A stretch of 64,000 nt of DNA from NCBI GenBank assembly GCA_900753305.1, contig CAADYR010000031.1, positions 37,829 through 101,828 on the forward strand. Direction: 5' to 3'. Within the stretch, counting starts at the first letter, position 1; each line of letters starts with the position of its first letter. Below, one piece after another: positions 51,401 to 61,153 of the stretch. Made by a program: the position numbers and the translations under genes. Origin of the DNA: Lachnospiraceae bacterium. Lineage in GTDB: Bacteria > Bacillota > Clostridia > Lachnospirales > Lachnospiraceae. The notes beneath the pieces are model-generated. The model saw only the letters and a program-made list of their open reading frames with translations. It made no database searches and had not been told where the DNA came from.

Positions 51401-52044
51401 AGATCAGTGGAATTAAAGATGAAATCCGCAAACTTGGTGATGTCAATGTCAATGCGATTGAAGATTATAAAGTGTTGATGGAAAGATACACTTTCCTGAA
51501 GAATCAGCATGATGATCTGATCGAAGCGGAAAAAACACTGGAAGGTATTATCCAGGAGCTTGATACAGCGATGCGCAAACAGTTTGCTGAGAAATTTGAA
51601 GAGATCCGCCGTGAATTTGACAAGGTATTTAAAGAACTCTTTGGAGGCGGTAAAGGTACTCTGGAGTTGATAGAGGATGAAGATATTCTGGAAGCAGGTG
51701 TCAGGATCATCGCACAGCCGCCTGGTAAGAAGCTGCAGAACATGATGCAGCTCTCCGGTGGTGAAAAATCGTTTACAGCGATTGCTCTTTTATTTGCAAT
51801 TCAAAGTCTGAAACCATCCCCATTCTGTCTGCTGGACGAGATCGAGGCTGCACTAGATGAAGGAAATGTATCCCGTTTTGCTAAATATCTGAATAAGCTG
51901 ACTAAAAGCACACAGTTCATTGTAATTACGCATAGACGTGGAACAATGGAACAGGCAGACAGATTATATGGTATTACCATGCAGGAAAAGGGAGTATCTA
52001 CGCTGGTCAGTGTTAATCTTATAGATAATGCGTTAGATAATTAA
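48484..52044 (+). CDS. smc: Chromosome segregation protein SMC
   Basis: GPNGSGKSN, coiled coils, hinge GRATFLPL, LSGGEK, LLDEIEAALD. Confidence 0.98.
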   Translation: MYLKSIEVQGFKSFANKINFQFHQGITGIVGPNGSGKSNVADAVRWVLGEQRIKQLRGESMQDVIFSGTELRKPQGFAYVAITFDNADHKLAIDYDEVTVARRLYRSGESEYSINGTPCRLKDVNELFYDTGIGKEGYSIIGQGQIEKILSGKPEEKRELFDEAAGIVKFKKRKATAQKKLEDEKQNLVRVNDILSELEKQVGPLEKQSEKAKIYLKKREELKELDVNLFLLENGRIRDQLAGVEEKYSIAKNDYEQAVKQYDEVKNEYDSIQGRIEELEQQIETARNTISDASMTRGKLEGEIAVLKEQIKNAQGNEQHFNERVAAIQGQIHEKEQEKQKLLENKAVYDEEMASLEKARSEAKDSLSQVQQRIAELNTLIEKNKNQIIETLNERATIKSKMSSFDTMMEQLRIRKAELNSRLLRAKSDEAERDAEIKALEEKFQKINDQIIEKNNHLTQLDEENTAMRAGLTAKDEEIRSLQEKYQQSKSRLDTITNLTERYEGYGGSIQKVMEQKDKNEGIIGVVADIIKVEKKYETAIETALGGNIQNIVTDDEETAKQMIGFLKKNRYGRATFLPLTSITKPQEFKTPEVLNEKGAIGLADSLVQTEKRYSNVAKAMLGRIAVIDNIDNAVRIARKYDYGVRMVTLEGELLVPGGAISGGAFKNNSNLLGRRREMEELEKRVAQSMQALEDAKTALEEMRQKRNELRKAIEEEKSALQDLFIKQNTARLNVVTAQERKTEAEQGFGDLKTEEIEIGQKQAEIDRDKENILKELETSRQQEKNLEQEITSYQEELEGYRAEESGKTGMVGEWDVAYEKLLQKQEFEKTNLDRIETEMQRLKDELSEVEESLSQSRAEAEIRQHSIEELTMTIEASHSTQSDSEIALKEKQRSREELMTKQKNFFTTREEISERKAGLDKEVYRLNAQREKLEESLESQINYMWNEYELTLSSAGELRKEEFNDVPSMRKQISGIKDEIRKLGDVNVNAIEDYKVLMERYTFLKNQHDDLIEAEKTLEGIIQELDTAMRKQFAEKFEEIRREFDKVFKELFGGGKGTLELIEDEDILEAGVRIIAQPPGKKLQNMMQLSGGEKSFTAIALLFAIQSLKPSPFCLLDEIEAALDEGNVSRFAKYLNKLTKSTQFIVITHRRGTMEQADRLYGITMQEKGVSTLVSVNLIDNALDN

Positions 52045-52063
52045 CAATAAAGGAGGAGTAGAA

Positions 52064-53038
52064 ATGTCGGAGGAAAAGAAAGGCTTTTTCAGTCGATTAA
52101 AAGCTGGTCTGACCAAAACAAGAGATAACATCGTATCCGGAATCGATGCAGTTTTTCATGGTGCATCTGAGATTGATGAAGATTTTTATGAGGAACTGGA
52201 AGAAATGCTTATTATGGGTGATATTGGCGTCAATGCAACGACAGATATCATGGAAAGAATGAAAGCAGCGGTTAAAGAGAAACATTTAAAACAGCCGTCA
52301 GAATGTAAGCAGCTTCTGGTAGAAAGTATCAAAGAACAGATGCGTGTCGGAGAAACTGCCTATGATTTCGAAAAGAAGAAATCAGTTATCTTTATCATAG
52401 GTGTAAATGGAGTTGGCAAAACAACATCTGTCGGTAAACTGGCAGGTATTTTGAAAGGACAGGGAAGAAAAGTTCTGATCGCTGCAGCAGATACTTTCCG
52501 TGCTGCAGCAGGTGACCAGTTGGCAGAATGGGCACATAGAGCAGGTGTGGATATGATTGGCGGTACTGACGGCGCGGATCCGGCTTCGGTTATATATGAT
52601 GCGGTAAATGCAGCCAAAGCAAGAAATGTGGATGTACTGATCTGCGATACTGCGGGACGTCTTCATAATAAGAAGAACCTGATGGAAGAACTAAAGAAAA
52701 TGAACCGTATCATTGACCGCGAATTCCCGGATGCACATCGTGAGAATCTGATTGTTCTGGATGGAACAACTGGACAGAATGCATTGGCTCAGGCCAGAGA
52801 ATTCGGAGAAGTAACGAATCTGACAGGCATTATCCTGACTAAAATGGATGGAACTGCCAAAGGCGGAATTGCCGTAGCAATCCAGTCCGAATTGAATGTC
52901 CCTGTCAAATATATTGGCGTGGGTGAAACAATTGAAGATTTGCAGAAATTTGATGTAGATGAATTTGTAAATGCTCTGTTCGACATCAAAATGGATGAGA
53001 ATACCAATGGAGAGGAGACGTCAGAACAGGAAGAATAA
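52064..53038 (+). CDS. ftsY: SRP receptor FtsY
   Basis: GVNGVGKTT, DTFRAAA, DTAGRL, TKMDGTAKGG. Confidence 0.97.
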   Translation: MSEEKKGFFSRLKAGLTKTRDNIVSGIDAVFHGASEIDEDFYEELEEMLIMGDIGVNATTDIMERMKAAVKEKHLKQPSECKQLLVESIKEQMRVGETAYDFEKKKSVIFIIGVNGVGKTTSVGKLAGILKGQGRKVLIAAADTFRAAAGDQLAEWAHRAGVDMIGGTDGADPASVIYDAVNAAKARNVDVLICDTAGRLHNKKNLMEELKKMNRIIDREFPDAHRENLIVLDGTTGQNALAQAREFGEVTNLTGIILTKMDGTAKGGIAVAIQSELNVPVKYIGVGETIEDLQKFDVDEFVNALFDIKMDENTNGEETSEQEE

Positions 53039-53081
53039 ACAACCCGCTAACAGTACATGATAAATAAGGAGTGGTACAGAG

Positions 53082-54302
53082 ATGGCAGAAATGTTGACAT
53101 TAGAGAAATTTGAAGAAGCATCTGAAATCGTAAAACAGGTAACATCAGAAACTAAATTGATGTATAGTGAGTTTCTGAGTAATCAGACAGGAAATAAAGT
53201 ATATCTGAAACCGGAGAACATGCAGCTTACCGGTGCTTATAAATTACGAGGTGCATATTATAAGATCAGCACACTTTCACCTGAGGAACGTGAAAAAGGA
53301 CTGATCACAGCATCTGCAGGCAATCATGCACAGGGAGTTGCTTATGCAGCCAAAAAGTATGGTGTTAAGGCAGTGATCGTTATGCCGACTACAACACCTC
53401 TTATGAAAGTAAACAGAACCAAGAGTTATGGAGCGGAAGTAATCCTGAAAGGTGATGTATATGATGAAGCCTGTGAATATGCCTATCAGTTAGCGGATGA
53501 GAAAGGATATACCTTTATTCATCCATTCGATGATCTGACAGTAGCCACAGGACAGGGTACAATAGCAATGGAGATTTTCAAAGAGCTTCCGCTTGTTGAT
53601 GTCATACTGGTTCCTATTGGTGGTGGCGGACTGGCTACGGGTGTTTCTACACTTGCCAAACTGCTTAATCCCAAAATCAGAGTTATCGGTGTAGAACCGG
53701 CGGGTGCCAACTGTATGCAGGAATCATTGAAAAAAGGCGAAGTTACAACACTCCCTGGTGTGAATACAATTGCCGATGGTACGGCTGTAAAGACACCTGG
53801 TAAAAATATCTTTCCATATATCCAGAAGAACCTGGACGAAATCATTACAGTACGGGATGAAGAACTGGTTGTATCTTTCCTTGATATTGTAGAAAACCAT
53901 AAAATGGTAGTAGAAAATTCAGGTCTGCTTACTGTAGCTGCTTTAAAGCATCTTGATGTGAAGAATAAACGTGTTGTATCTATTCTCAGCGGTGGCAATA
54001 TGGATATTATCACTATGTCTTCTGTGGTGCAGCAGGGATTGATCTTCAGAGACAGAATCTTCACTGTATCTGTATTACTTCCTGATAAGCCGGGTATGCT
54101 TAGCAAAGTAGCAGATGTCATTGCAAAAGAAAATGGCAATGTGATCAAACTTGAGCATAATCAGTTCGTATCCATCAACCGTAGTGCAGCAGTTGAACTG
54201 CGTATTACTCTGGAGACTTTTGGTACAGAACATAAGCATCAGATTATCAAGGCTCTTGAAGAGAATGGATACCAGCCCAAACAGGTCAGAACAAATATCT
54301 AA
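53082..54302 (+). CDS. ilvA: Threonine ammonia-lyase with C-terminal ACT domain
   Basis: KPENMQLTGAYKLRG, SAGNHAQG, PIGGGGL, LSGGNMD, LPDKPG. Confidence 0.92.
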   Translation: MAEMLTLEKFEEASEIVKQVTSETKLMYSEFLSNQTGNKVYLKPENMQLTGAYKLRGAYYKISTLSPEEREKGLITASAGNHAQGVAYAAKKYGVKAVIVMPTTTPLMKVNRTKSYGAEVILKGDVYDEACEYAYQLADEKGYTFIHPFDDLTVATGQGTIAMEIFKELPLVDVILVPIGGGGLATGVSTLAKLLNPKIRVIGVEPAGANCMQESLKKGEVTTLPGVNTIADGTAVKTPGKNIFPYIQKNLDEIITVRDEELVVSFLDIVENHKMVVENSGLLTVAALKHLDVKNKRVVSILSGGNMDIITMSSVVQQGLIFRDRIFTVSVLLPDKPGMLSKVADVIAKENGNVIKLEHNQFVSINRSAAVELRITLETFGTEHKHQIIKALEENGYQPKQVRTNI

Positions 54303-54319
54303 GCAAGAGGTGTTGATGT

Positions 54320-55198
54320 ATGGGCACTTTGACCAGACACAAAAAAATCATAAAGAGGGTCAGGAATTTCGTAATGATCACGGTAGCGGCATTTATTTAT
54401 GCAATATCGATCAGCCTGTTTCTTGACCCGAATAATATAGCGCCGGGAGGAATCGCCGGCGTTGCTATTTTAATAAACAGATTTACGCAAATACCTACAG
54501 GTACGTTGAATCTTATTCTGAACATTCCTATTGTACTGATGGGATTGTGGAAATTCGGACCACGCTTTATTGCATCTACTTTTTATGCATTGGCAGCAAT
54601 TACGGTGTTTACCAACTGGATGACTCCTTTTGGAGCAGTAACGCAGGATCTGCTGATCGCATCTGTAATAGGAGGAGCACTGCTTGCCATTTCACTTGCA
54701 ATCACCTTTAAGGCAGGAGCAACTACCGGAGGCTCAGACATTATTGTTAAGGTTATGAGACTTCGCTGGCGGCATATTAAGACTGGTATTCTGTTCCTTG
54801 TATTTGATGCGCTTGTCATCGTAGCATCATGGATCGTATTCAGAGATCTGACAGTTGCGTTTTATGCGGGAGTTGCGGTTGCGGTGGATTCTGTAGTTAT
54901 GGATTATGTACTGTATGGACCGGATGAGGCGAAGCTGATCTATATTATCAGTGATCATCCACAACACATCAGAGAACGTATCTTACAGGAACTGGATATC
55001 ACGGCTACATTAATATCAGCAAAAGGAGCCTATTCCATGCAGGATAAGCAGGTTGTTATGGTAGCCATGCGTAAGCAGATGGCTCCGCTTGCAGAAGAAA
55101 TAGTAAAGGATGAAGATCCCAATGCATTTATGATCGTATCATCTGCCAGTGAAATATTTGGCGAAGGATACAAAGATATCCGAAGAGAACGATTATAA
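54320..55198 (+). CDS. YitT-family membrane protein
   Basis: NIAPGGIAG, LNIPI, ATTGGSDI, DPNAF..EIFGEGY. Confidence 0.9.
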   Translation: MGTLTRHKKIIKRVRNFVMITVAAFIYAISISLFLDPNNIAPGGIAGVAILINRFTQIPTGTLNLILNIPIVLMGLWKFGPRFIASTFYALAAITVFTNWMTPFGAVTQDLLIASVIGGALLAISLAITFKAGATTGGSDIIVKVMRLRWRHIKTGILFLVFDALVIVASWIVFRDLTVAFYAGVAVAVDSVVMDYVLYGPDEAKLIYIISDHPQHIRERILQELDITATLISAKGAYSMQDKQVVMVAMRKQMAPLAEEIVKDEDPNAFMIVSSASEIFGEGYKDIRRERL

Positions 55199-55207
55199 AA
55201 AATGAAA

Positions 55208-55253
55208 GTGTAAAGAAAAAATACTTGACACCCATATGCGTTTGTAGTATTCT
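55208..55253 (+). promoter_or_regulatory. ylxM-ffh promoter with an overlapping palindrome
   Basis: TTGACA-17-TATTCT; GTGTAAAG-N8-CTTGACAC overlaps the -35. Confidence 0.7.
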
Positions 55254-55306
55254 AATAAAGTCGCGTGATGCGTAATGACGTGGACATGAATTGCGGAGGC
55301 TGCGAA

Positions 55307-55681
55307 ATGAACACTGAGAACCTTTCACAAAAAGCAAAAGAAGAATCTTCAGCAGGTTTTGGAGAAATTGAGAAGCTGGAACTGAGAGGAATGTTGTATG
55401 ACTTTTACGGTGAACTGCTTACTTCTCATCAGAAGAAAGTCTATGAAGATGCAATAGTGAATGATCTTTCACTTAGTGAAATTGCAGATGAGCAGGGAAT
55501 CAGCAGACAGGGAGTCCATGATATTATCAAACGATGCGACAAAGCACTTGCAGAATATGAAGAGAAGCTTCATTTGGTAGAGAAATTTACCAGGATCAAG
55601 AACATGATCAGTCAGATCGATCAATTGACTGATGATGAGCGAATCAGGCAACTATCCAACGAGATTATAGAGGAGCTTTAA
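55307..55681 (+). CDS. ylxM: YlxM-family protein
   Basis: [33 protein letters not shown]. Confidence 0.93.
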   Translation: MNTENLSQKAKEESSAGFGEIEKLELRGMLYDFYGELLTSHQKKVYEDAIVNDLSLSEIADEQGISRQGVHDIIKRCDKALAEYEEKLHLVEKFTRIKNMISQIDQLTDDERIRQLSNEIIEEL

Positions 55682-55683
55682 GA

Positions 55684-57039
55684 ATGGCATTTGAGAGCTT
55701 AACAGACAAACTGCAGAATGTTTTCAAGAACTTAAGGAGTAAAGGTCGTCTGACCGAAGCTGATGTTAAAGCGGCGTTAAAAGAAGTTAAAATGGCGTTA
55801 TTGGAAGCAGATGTTAACTTTAAGGTTGTAAAACAGTTCGTAAAAGCTGTAGAGGAACGCGCAATAGGAGCAGACGTTATGAACGGTCTGAATCCCGGGC
55901 AGATGGTTATCAAGATCGTTAACGAAGAAATGGTAAATCTGATGGGCTCTGAAACGACAGAACTTGCCTTACAGCCAGGTAAAGCCACAACAGTAATTAT
56001 GATGTGTGGTCTGCAGGGTGCTGGTAAGACAACTGCTGCGGCCAAGATTGCCGGTAAATTAAAGCTCAAAGGTAAGAAACCATTGCTTGTGGCCTGCGAT
56101 ATATACAGACCGGCTGCAATTGAACAGTTATCTGTGAATGCACAGAAGATTGAAGCCGACTTCTTTTCTATGGGAGTAAATCATAAACCTGTAGATATTG
56201 TCAAGGCAGCGTTAGAACATGCAGCCAAGAATAACAATAATGTTGTGATCATTGATACAGCCGGACGTTTACATATTGATGAAGATATGATGGCTGAATT
56301 ACAGGAGATCAAGGCAAATGTAGAAGTACATCAGACCTTGCTTGTAGTTGATGCAATGACAGGTCAGGATGCAGTTAATGTAGCAAAGGAATTTGATGCG
56401 AAGATTGGCGTTGATGGCGTTATCCTTTCCAAGATGGATGGCGATACAAGAGGTGGTGCAGCGTTATCTGTTAAAGCTGTTACCGGAAAGCCTATCCTGT
56501 TCGTAAGTACCGGAGAAAAACTGACAGATATTGAGCAGTTCCATCCTGACAGAATGGCAAATCGAATTCTTGGCATGGGCGATGTGCTTACTTTGATCGA
56601 CAAAGTGGCAGAAGCCAATCTGGACATGGATGCAGATAAAGAGAAAGAAATGACAGCCCGATTAAAGAAGGGCAAGTTCGATTTCGAAGATTATCTGGAA
56701 AGTATGTCTCAGATGAAAAAACTCGGAGGACTCTCCAGTATACTGGGTATGATGCCCGGTACGGGAATCAAGGCGAGTGATCTGGAAGGTGTTATAGATG
56801 AGAAACAGATTGCCAGAATGGAAGCAATCGTATTGTCCATGACACCGGCAGAACGTAAAGATTCCAAGTTACTTAATCCAAGCAGAAAACATAGAATTGC
56901 AAAAGGTGCAGGCGTAGATATTGCAGTTGTGAACCGTTTTATCAAACAGTTTGAACAGGCACAGAAGACAATGAAACAGCTCCCGGGAAGAATGGGAGGA
57001 TTTGGTGGAAGAAAAGGTAAATTTAAATTTCCTTTTTGA
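55684..57039 (+). CDS. ffh: Signal recognition particle protein
   Basis: ALLEADV, GLQGAGKT, DTAGRL, RILGMGD, M domain. Confidence 0.98.
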   Translation: MAFESLTDKLQNVFKNLRSKGRLTEADVKAALKEVKMALLEADVNFKVVKQFVKAVEERAIGADVMNGLNPGQMVIKIVNEEMVNLMGSETTELALQPGKATTVIMMCGLQGAGKTTAAAKIAGKLKLKGKKPLLVACDIYRPAAIEQLSVNAQKIEADFFSMGVNHKPVDIVKAALEHAAKNNNNVVIIDTAGRLHIDEDMMAELQEIKANVEVHQTLLVVDAMTGQDAVNVAKEFDAKIGVDGVILSKMDGDTRGGAALSVKAVTGKPILFVSTGEKLTDIEQFHPDRMANRILGMGDVLTLIDKVAEANLDMDADKEKEMTARLKKGKFDFEDYLESMSQMKKLGGLSSILGMMPGTGIKASDLEGVIDEKQIARMEAIVLSMTPAERKDSKLLNPSRKHRIAKGAGVDIAVVNRFIKQFEQAQKTMKQLPGRMGGFGGRKGKFKFPF

Positions 57040-57082
57040 TATATAAATAATATTTTTAAGAAAGACTATGAGGTGAATTAAA

Positions 57083-57328
57083 ATGGCAGTAAAAATCAGA
57101 TTAAGAAGAATGGGTCAGAAGAAAGCTCCTATCTATAGAATTATCGTAGCAGATTCCCGTTCCCCAAGAGATGGAAAATGTATCGAAGAGATCGGTACTT
57201 ATAATCCTAACACAGATCCAAGCGAATTCAAGGTAAATGAAGAATTAGCTAAGAAGTGGTTATCTAACGGTGCTCAGCCTACAGACGTTGTAGCTAAGAT
57301 CTTCAAGGCAGCAGGTATTGAGAAATAA
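57083..57328 (+). CDS. rpsP: 30S ribosomal protein S16
   Basis: [31 protein letters not shown]. Confidence 0.98.
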   Translation: MAVKIRLRRMGQKKAPIYRIIVADSRSPRDGKCIEEIGTYNPNTDPSEFKVNEELAKKWLSNGAQPTDVVAKIFKAAGIEK

Positions 57329-57363
57329 GTATAGATATCGGTAGCTCTCTTGGAGGTGTGAAT

Positions 57364-57591
57364 ATGAAGGAGTTAGTTGAAGTAATTGCAAAGGCTCTTG
57401 TAGACAACCCTGATGAAGTTGTTGTAACCGAGAAGGGAAGCGGTAAGAATATTACAGTAGAACTTCATGTTGCGGCAGAAGATATGGGTAAAGTAATCGG
57501 CAAACAGGGAAGAATTGCAAAAGCAATCCGTTCCGTTGTTAAGGCGGCATCATCCAAAGAAAATATCAAGGTAGATGTTGAAATCGTCTAA
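57364..57591 (+). CDS. khpA: KH-domain RNA-binding protein
   Basis: [17 protein letters not shown]. Confidence 0.95.
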   Translation: MKELVEVIAKALVDNPDEVVVTEKGSGKNITVELHVAAEDMGKVIGKQGRIAKAIRSVVKAASSKENIKVDVEIV

Positions 57592-57595
57592 AATT

Positions 57596-57632
57596 CAGGG
57601 TGTTCTTATTATCAAGAACGCCCTGTTTTCTT
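57596..57632 (+). terminator. Internal terminator after khpA
   Basis: CAGGGTGTTCTT / AAGAACGCCCTG plus TTTTCTT. Confidence 0.7.
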
Positions 57633-57644
57633 AATGGAGGTTAC

Positions 57645-58157
57645 ATGGAAGATTTATTACAGGTGGGAGTCATTACCCAGACACATGGTATCCGTGGGGA
57701 AGTGAAAGTATTTCCAACTACAGATGATGTAAATCGTTTTAAAAAATTAAAGGAAACGATCCTGGATACCGGAAAAGAACAGATTACACTTGAAATAGAG
57801 GGCGTAAAGTTCTTCAAACAGTATGTTATTTTGAAATTTAAAGGTTATGACAATATCAATGATATTGAGAGATATAAAGGTAAGAGTTTATATGTTACCC
57901 GTGCAAATGCAGTAAAACTTCGTAAAGATGAATATTTTATCGCTGATTTGATTGATATAGATGTATACGATGAAGAAGATAAACCATTTGGTGTATTAAA
58001 AGATGTAATTGAGACAGGTGCAAATGACGTTTATGACATAAAGCTGAAAGATGGCAGAAGTGTATTAGTACCTGCAATCAAAGAATGTATTCTATCTGTA
58101 GATATAGAAAACAGAAAGATGGTTATTCACCTGTTAGATGGTTTATTGGAGGACTAA
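57645..58157 (+). CDS. rimM: Ribosome maturation factor RimM
   Basis: [31 protein letters not shown]. Confidence 0.97.
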   Translation: MEDLLQVGVITQTHGIRGEVKVFPTTDDVNRFKKLKETILDTGKEQITLEIEGVKFFKQYVILKFKGYDNINDIERYKGKSLYVTRANAVKLRKDEYFIADLIDIDVYDEEDKPFGVLKDVIETGANDVYDIKLKDGRSVLVPAIKECILSVDIENRKMVIHLLDGLLED

Positions 58158-58164
58158 AGACATC

Positions 58165-58965
58165 ATGCATTTTCATGTTATGACATTATTCCCAGAAATG
58201 ATCATGGAGGGATTGTCTAAAAGTATTATCGGACGTGCACAACAAAAAGAGTGTATTTCACTGGATGCAGTTAATATCAGAGATTATACATTAGACAAGC
58301 ACAAAAAAGTAGACGATTATCCTTATGGTGGAGGTGCCGGTATGTTAATGCAGGCGCAACCGGTTTATGATGCATATCAGGCAGTCATGGAATCTATTCA
58401 TGAAAGACAGAAGGATCATTCTGAAAATGACAGGAGAGTACGTGTTATTTACCTGACTCCGCAGGGAGAAGTCTTTTCACAAAAAAAAGCTGTAGAATTG
58501 GCGAATGAAGAAGATCTGATTTTTTTATGCGGTCATTATGAAGGAATTGATGAACGTGTCCTTGAAGAAATTGTAACGGACTATATTTCTATCGGAGATT
58601 ATGTACTTACCGGAGGAGAGTTACCTGCAATGGTAATGATCGATACAATATCCCGACTGGTTCCGGGGGTGCTCAATAACGGAGAATCTGCTCAGACAGA
58701 ATCTCATTCTGATGGGTTGCTGGAATATCCTCAATATTCCAGACCGGAAGTATGGCGTAACAGGAAAGTCCCGGACGTATTGATTAGCGGACATCATGCT
58801 AATATAGAAAAATGGCGTTTGGAACAGGCTATACTGAGAACGCAGGAGCGAAGACCTGATATGTATGCTGCTTATATGGAGGCACATCCACCATTACCGC
58901 CTAAGAAGCGGCGACGTAAGGTGTCTGCCGCAACTCAGCTACAGGCAAAACCAGAGGATAACTAA
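58165..58965 (+). CDS. trmD: tRNA (guanine-N1)-methyltransferase
   Basis: TLFPEM, DDYPYGGGAGM, CGHYEGIDERV, SIGDYVLTGGE. Confidence 0.97.
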   Translation: MHFHVMTLFPEMIMEGLSKSIIGRAQQKECISLDAVNIRDYTLDKHKKVDDYPYGGGAGMLMQAQPVYDAYQAVMESIHERQKDHSENDRRVRVIYLTPQGEVFSQKKAVELANEEDLIFLCGHYEGIDERVLEEIVTDYISIGDYVLTGGELPAMVMIDTISRLVPGVLNNGESAQTESHSDGLLEYPQYSRPEVWRNRKVPDVLISGHHANIEKWRLEQAILRTQERRPDMYAAYMEAHPPLPPKKRRRKVSAATQLQAKPEDN

Positions 58966-59039
58966 ATTGTGTGAAAAATTTAAAATAATGACTTGCATTA
59001 TTTATATACATAGTGTATATTATTAATGTTGCGATTAAA

Positions 59040-59094
59040 GATGGTCCTCTGATACGAAGAATGGCTTTCGGGTAAGGCTGGTATTAAGAACGTC
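59040..59094 (+). ncRNA. L19 ribosomal leader
   Basis: GATGGTCCTCTGATAC...GTATTAAGAACGTC resembles the Firmicutes L19 leader (GAUGUUCCGCUG...AAGAACAUC) just upstream of rplS. Confidence 0.7.
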
Positions 59095-59116
59095 GAGTTG
59101 ATTAAGGAGGCAAACA

Positions 59117-59464
59117 ATGAACGAAATTATTAAAGAGATCGAACAGGCTCAGTTAAAGGAATCCGTAGACAAGTTTAACGTAGGTGATACAGTTAAGGTT
59201 TATGGTAAAATCAAGGAAGGTAACCGTGAAAGAATCCAGGTATTCGAAGGTACTGTATTAAAGATTCAGGGCGGCAGCAACCGTGAGACTTTCACAGTTA
59301 GAAAGATTTCTAACGGTGTTGGTGTTGAGAAGACATGGCCTATGCATTCTCCTAATGTTGAGAAGGTAGAAGTAGTTAGAACTGGTAAAGTTAGAAGAGC
59401 TAAGCTTAACTACTTAAGAAATCGTGTTGGTAAGAAGGCTAAGGTTAAAGAGCTGGTTAAATAA
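59117..59464 (+). CDS. rplS: 50S ribosomal protein L19
   Basis: [24 protein letters not shown]. Confidence 0.98.
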   Translation: MNEIIKEIEQAQLKESVDKFNVGDTVKVYGKIKEGNRERIQVFEGTVLKIQGGSNRETFTVRKISNGVGVEKTWPMHSPNVEKVEVVRTGKVRRAKLNYLRNRVGKKAKVKELVK

Positions 59465-59489
59465 TTAACACATAATTTGTTCAAGGCAT

Positions 59490-59522
59490 AAAAACGGAGT
59501 CCAATGCGGCTCCGTTTTTCTT
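59490..59522 (+). terminator. Terminator after rplS
   Basis: AAAACGGAGTC / GGCTCCGTTTT. Confidence 0.8.
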
Positions 59523-59636
59523 GCGTTGAACACATAATTGGAGTATACTAAAAAGTAATATGGTCAATATCATATGGAATAATCGTAATACTGATTAAAT
59601 TGCAGAAAATGTTACCGGAACGAAAGAGCAGAATAT

Positions 59637-60218
59637 ATGGGAAGAAGAAAGGGATTAACCTTTTATCAAAAGAAGAAAAAATTGAATATTGCACTAATCC
59701 ATGAAATAATCAGTTGGATATTCTGGATTTGCATGTCCGTAGTATTAGCTTTACTTGTGGTATATTGTATAGGAATGAAGACCAGTGTGATCGGCTCATC
59801 TATGGAACCAAGTCTGTATAATGGGCAGGAGATATTTCTAAACCGCCTTGTATATAAGATTACATCACCTAAGACAGGAGATGTTGTTGTCTTTTTACCA
59901 AATGGCAACGAAAAGTCTCATTATTATGTGAAAAGAGTCGTTGCTGTACCGGGAGATACGCTTTATGTTAAAAATGGTATGCTCTATGTAAATGACGAAG
60001 TACAGGATGAGTATATCAATGATAAGATTGCGGAAGCCGGATTAGCTGAAAATGAAATAGAACTTGGTGATGATGAGTATTTTGTAATTGGAGATAACTG
60101 TAATAACAGTGAAGACAGCCGCTCTGCCAATATAGGTAATATTAAGAAAGAACATATTATTGGTAAGGCATGGTTCAAAATGGCAGCCCAAAGCAGTTCC
60201 ATGGGCTTTGTAAATTAA
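59637..60218 (+). CDS. lepB: Signal peptidase I
   Basis: TM segment plus GSSMEPSL, YVKRVV, GDNCNNSEDSR. Confidence 0.94.
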   Translation: MGRRKGLTFYQKKKKLNIALIHEIISWIFWICMSVVLALLVVYCIGMKTSVIGSSMEPSLYNGQEIFLNRLVYKITSPKTGDVVVFLPNGNEKSHYYVKRVVAVPGDTLYVKNGMLYVNDEVQDEYINDKIAEAGLAENEIELGDDEYFVIGDNCNNSEDSRSANIGNIKKEHIIGKAWFKMAAQSSSMGFVN

Positions 60219-60240
60219 AGAGAAAAGGAAAATATAGTAT

Positions 60241-61119
60241 ATGGCAAATTATCAATGGTATCCCGGGCATATGACCAAAGCAAAAAGAATGATGCAGGAG
60301 GATATTAAACTAATAGATCTGGTGATCGAACTGGTGGATGCAAGAATTCCGCTTGGCAGTCGCAACCCTGATATTGATGAATTGGGGAAGAATAAGTCAA
60401 GGTTGATTCTTTTGAATAAATCAGATCTAGCAGATGCCAGACAGAACAAGTTATGGCTGGAGTATTTTGCACAGAAAGGAATCCGTGCAGTAGAGATCAA
60501 TTCCAAGAATGGAACAGGTGTCAAATCAATCCAGAATGTAGTGCAGGAGGTCTGCAAAGACAAGATAGAACGAGACAGACGTAGAGGTATTCTCAATCGT
60601 CCGGTAAGAGCAATGGTTGTTGGAATTCCTAATGTAGGTAAATCCACTTTTATTAATTCCTTTGCAGGAAAAGCATGTGCAAAGACAGGCAACAAACCTG
60701 GTGTGACCAAAGGAAAACAGTGGATTCGACTGAATAAGGGACTGGAACTTCTGGATACTCCCGGTATCTTATGGCCTAAGTTCGAAGATCAGACGGTAGG
60801 TCTGCATCTTGCCATGATCGGCTCTATGAACGATGAAATTATTCATCTGGATGAATTGGCATATGAACTGATCAAATTCATTTCAAAGGAATATGAAGGA
60901 TTGCTTGAGAAAAGATATGAGATTACTGTTCAGCCGGATGCATATGATACATTGAAAGAAATATGTATCAGCCGCAGATGTTATCTGAAGGGCGAGGAGT
61001 TGGATATTATGAAGGCATCCGCACTGGTTGTTGAGGATTTCAGAAGTGGCAGACTTGGAAGGATCACCATTGAACAACCGCCTGCCATGCAACAGAATCA
61101 ATTACCTGAACAGGAATAA
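60241..61119 (+). CDS. rbgA: Ribosome biogenesis GTPase RbgA/YlqF
   Basis: QWYPGHM, DARIP, NKSDL, GIPNVGKS, DTPG. Confidence 0.97.
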   Translation: MANYQWYPGHMTKAKRMMQEDIKLIDLVIELVDARIPLGSRNPDIDELGKNKSRLILLNKSDLADARQNKLWLEYFAQKGIRAVEINSKNGTGVKSIQNVVQEVCKDKIERDRRRGILNRPVRAMVVGIPNVGKSTFINSFAGKACAKTGNKPGVTKGKQWIRLNKGLELLDTPGILWPKFEDQTVGLHLAMIGSMNDEIIHLDELAYELIKFISKEYEGLLEKRYEITVQPDAYDTLKEICISRRCYLKGEELDIMKASALVVEDFRSGRLGRITIEQPPAMQQNQLPEQE

Positions 61120-61153
61120 TAGAAGAAAATAAATAAACAGGGGAAATACGTCA

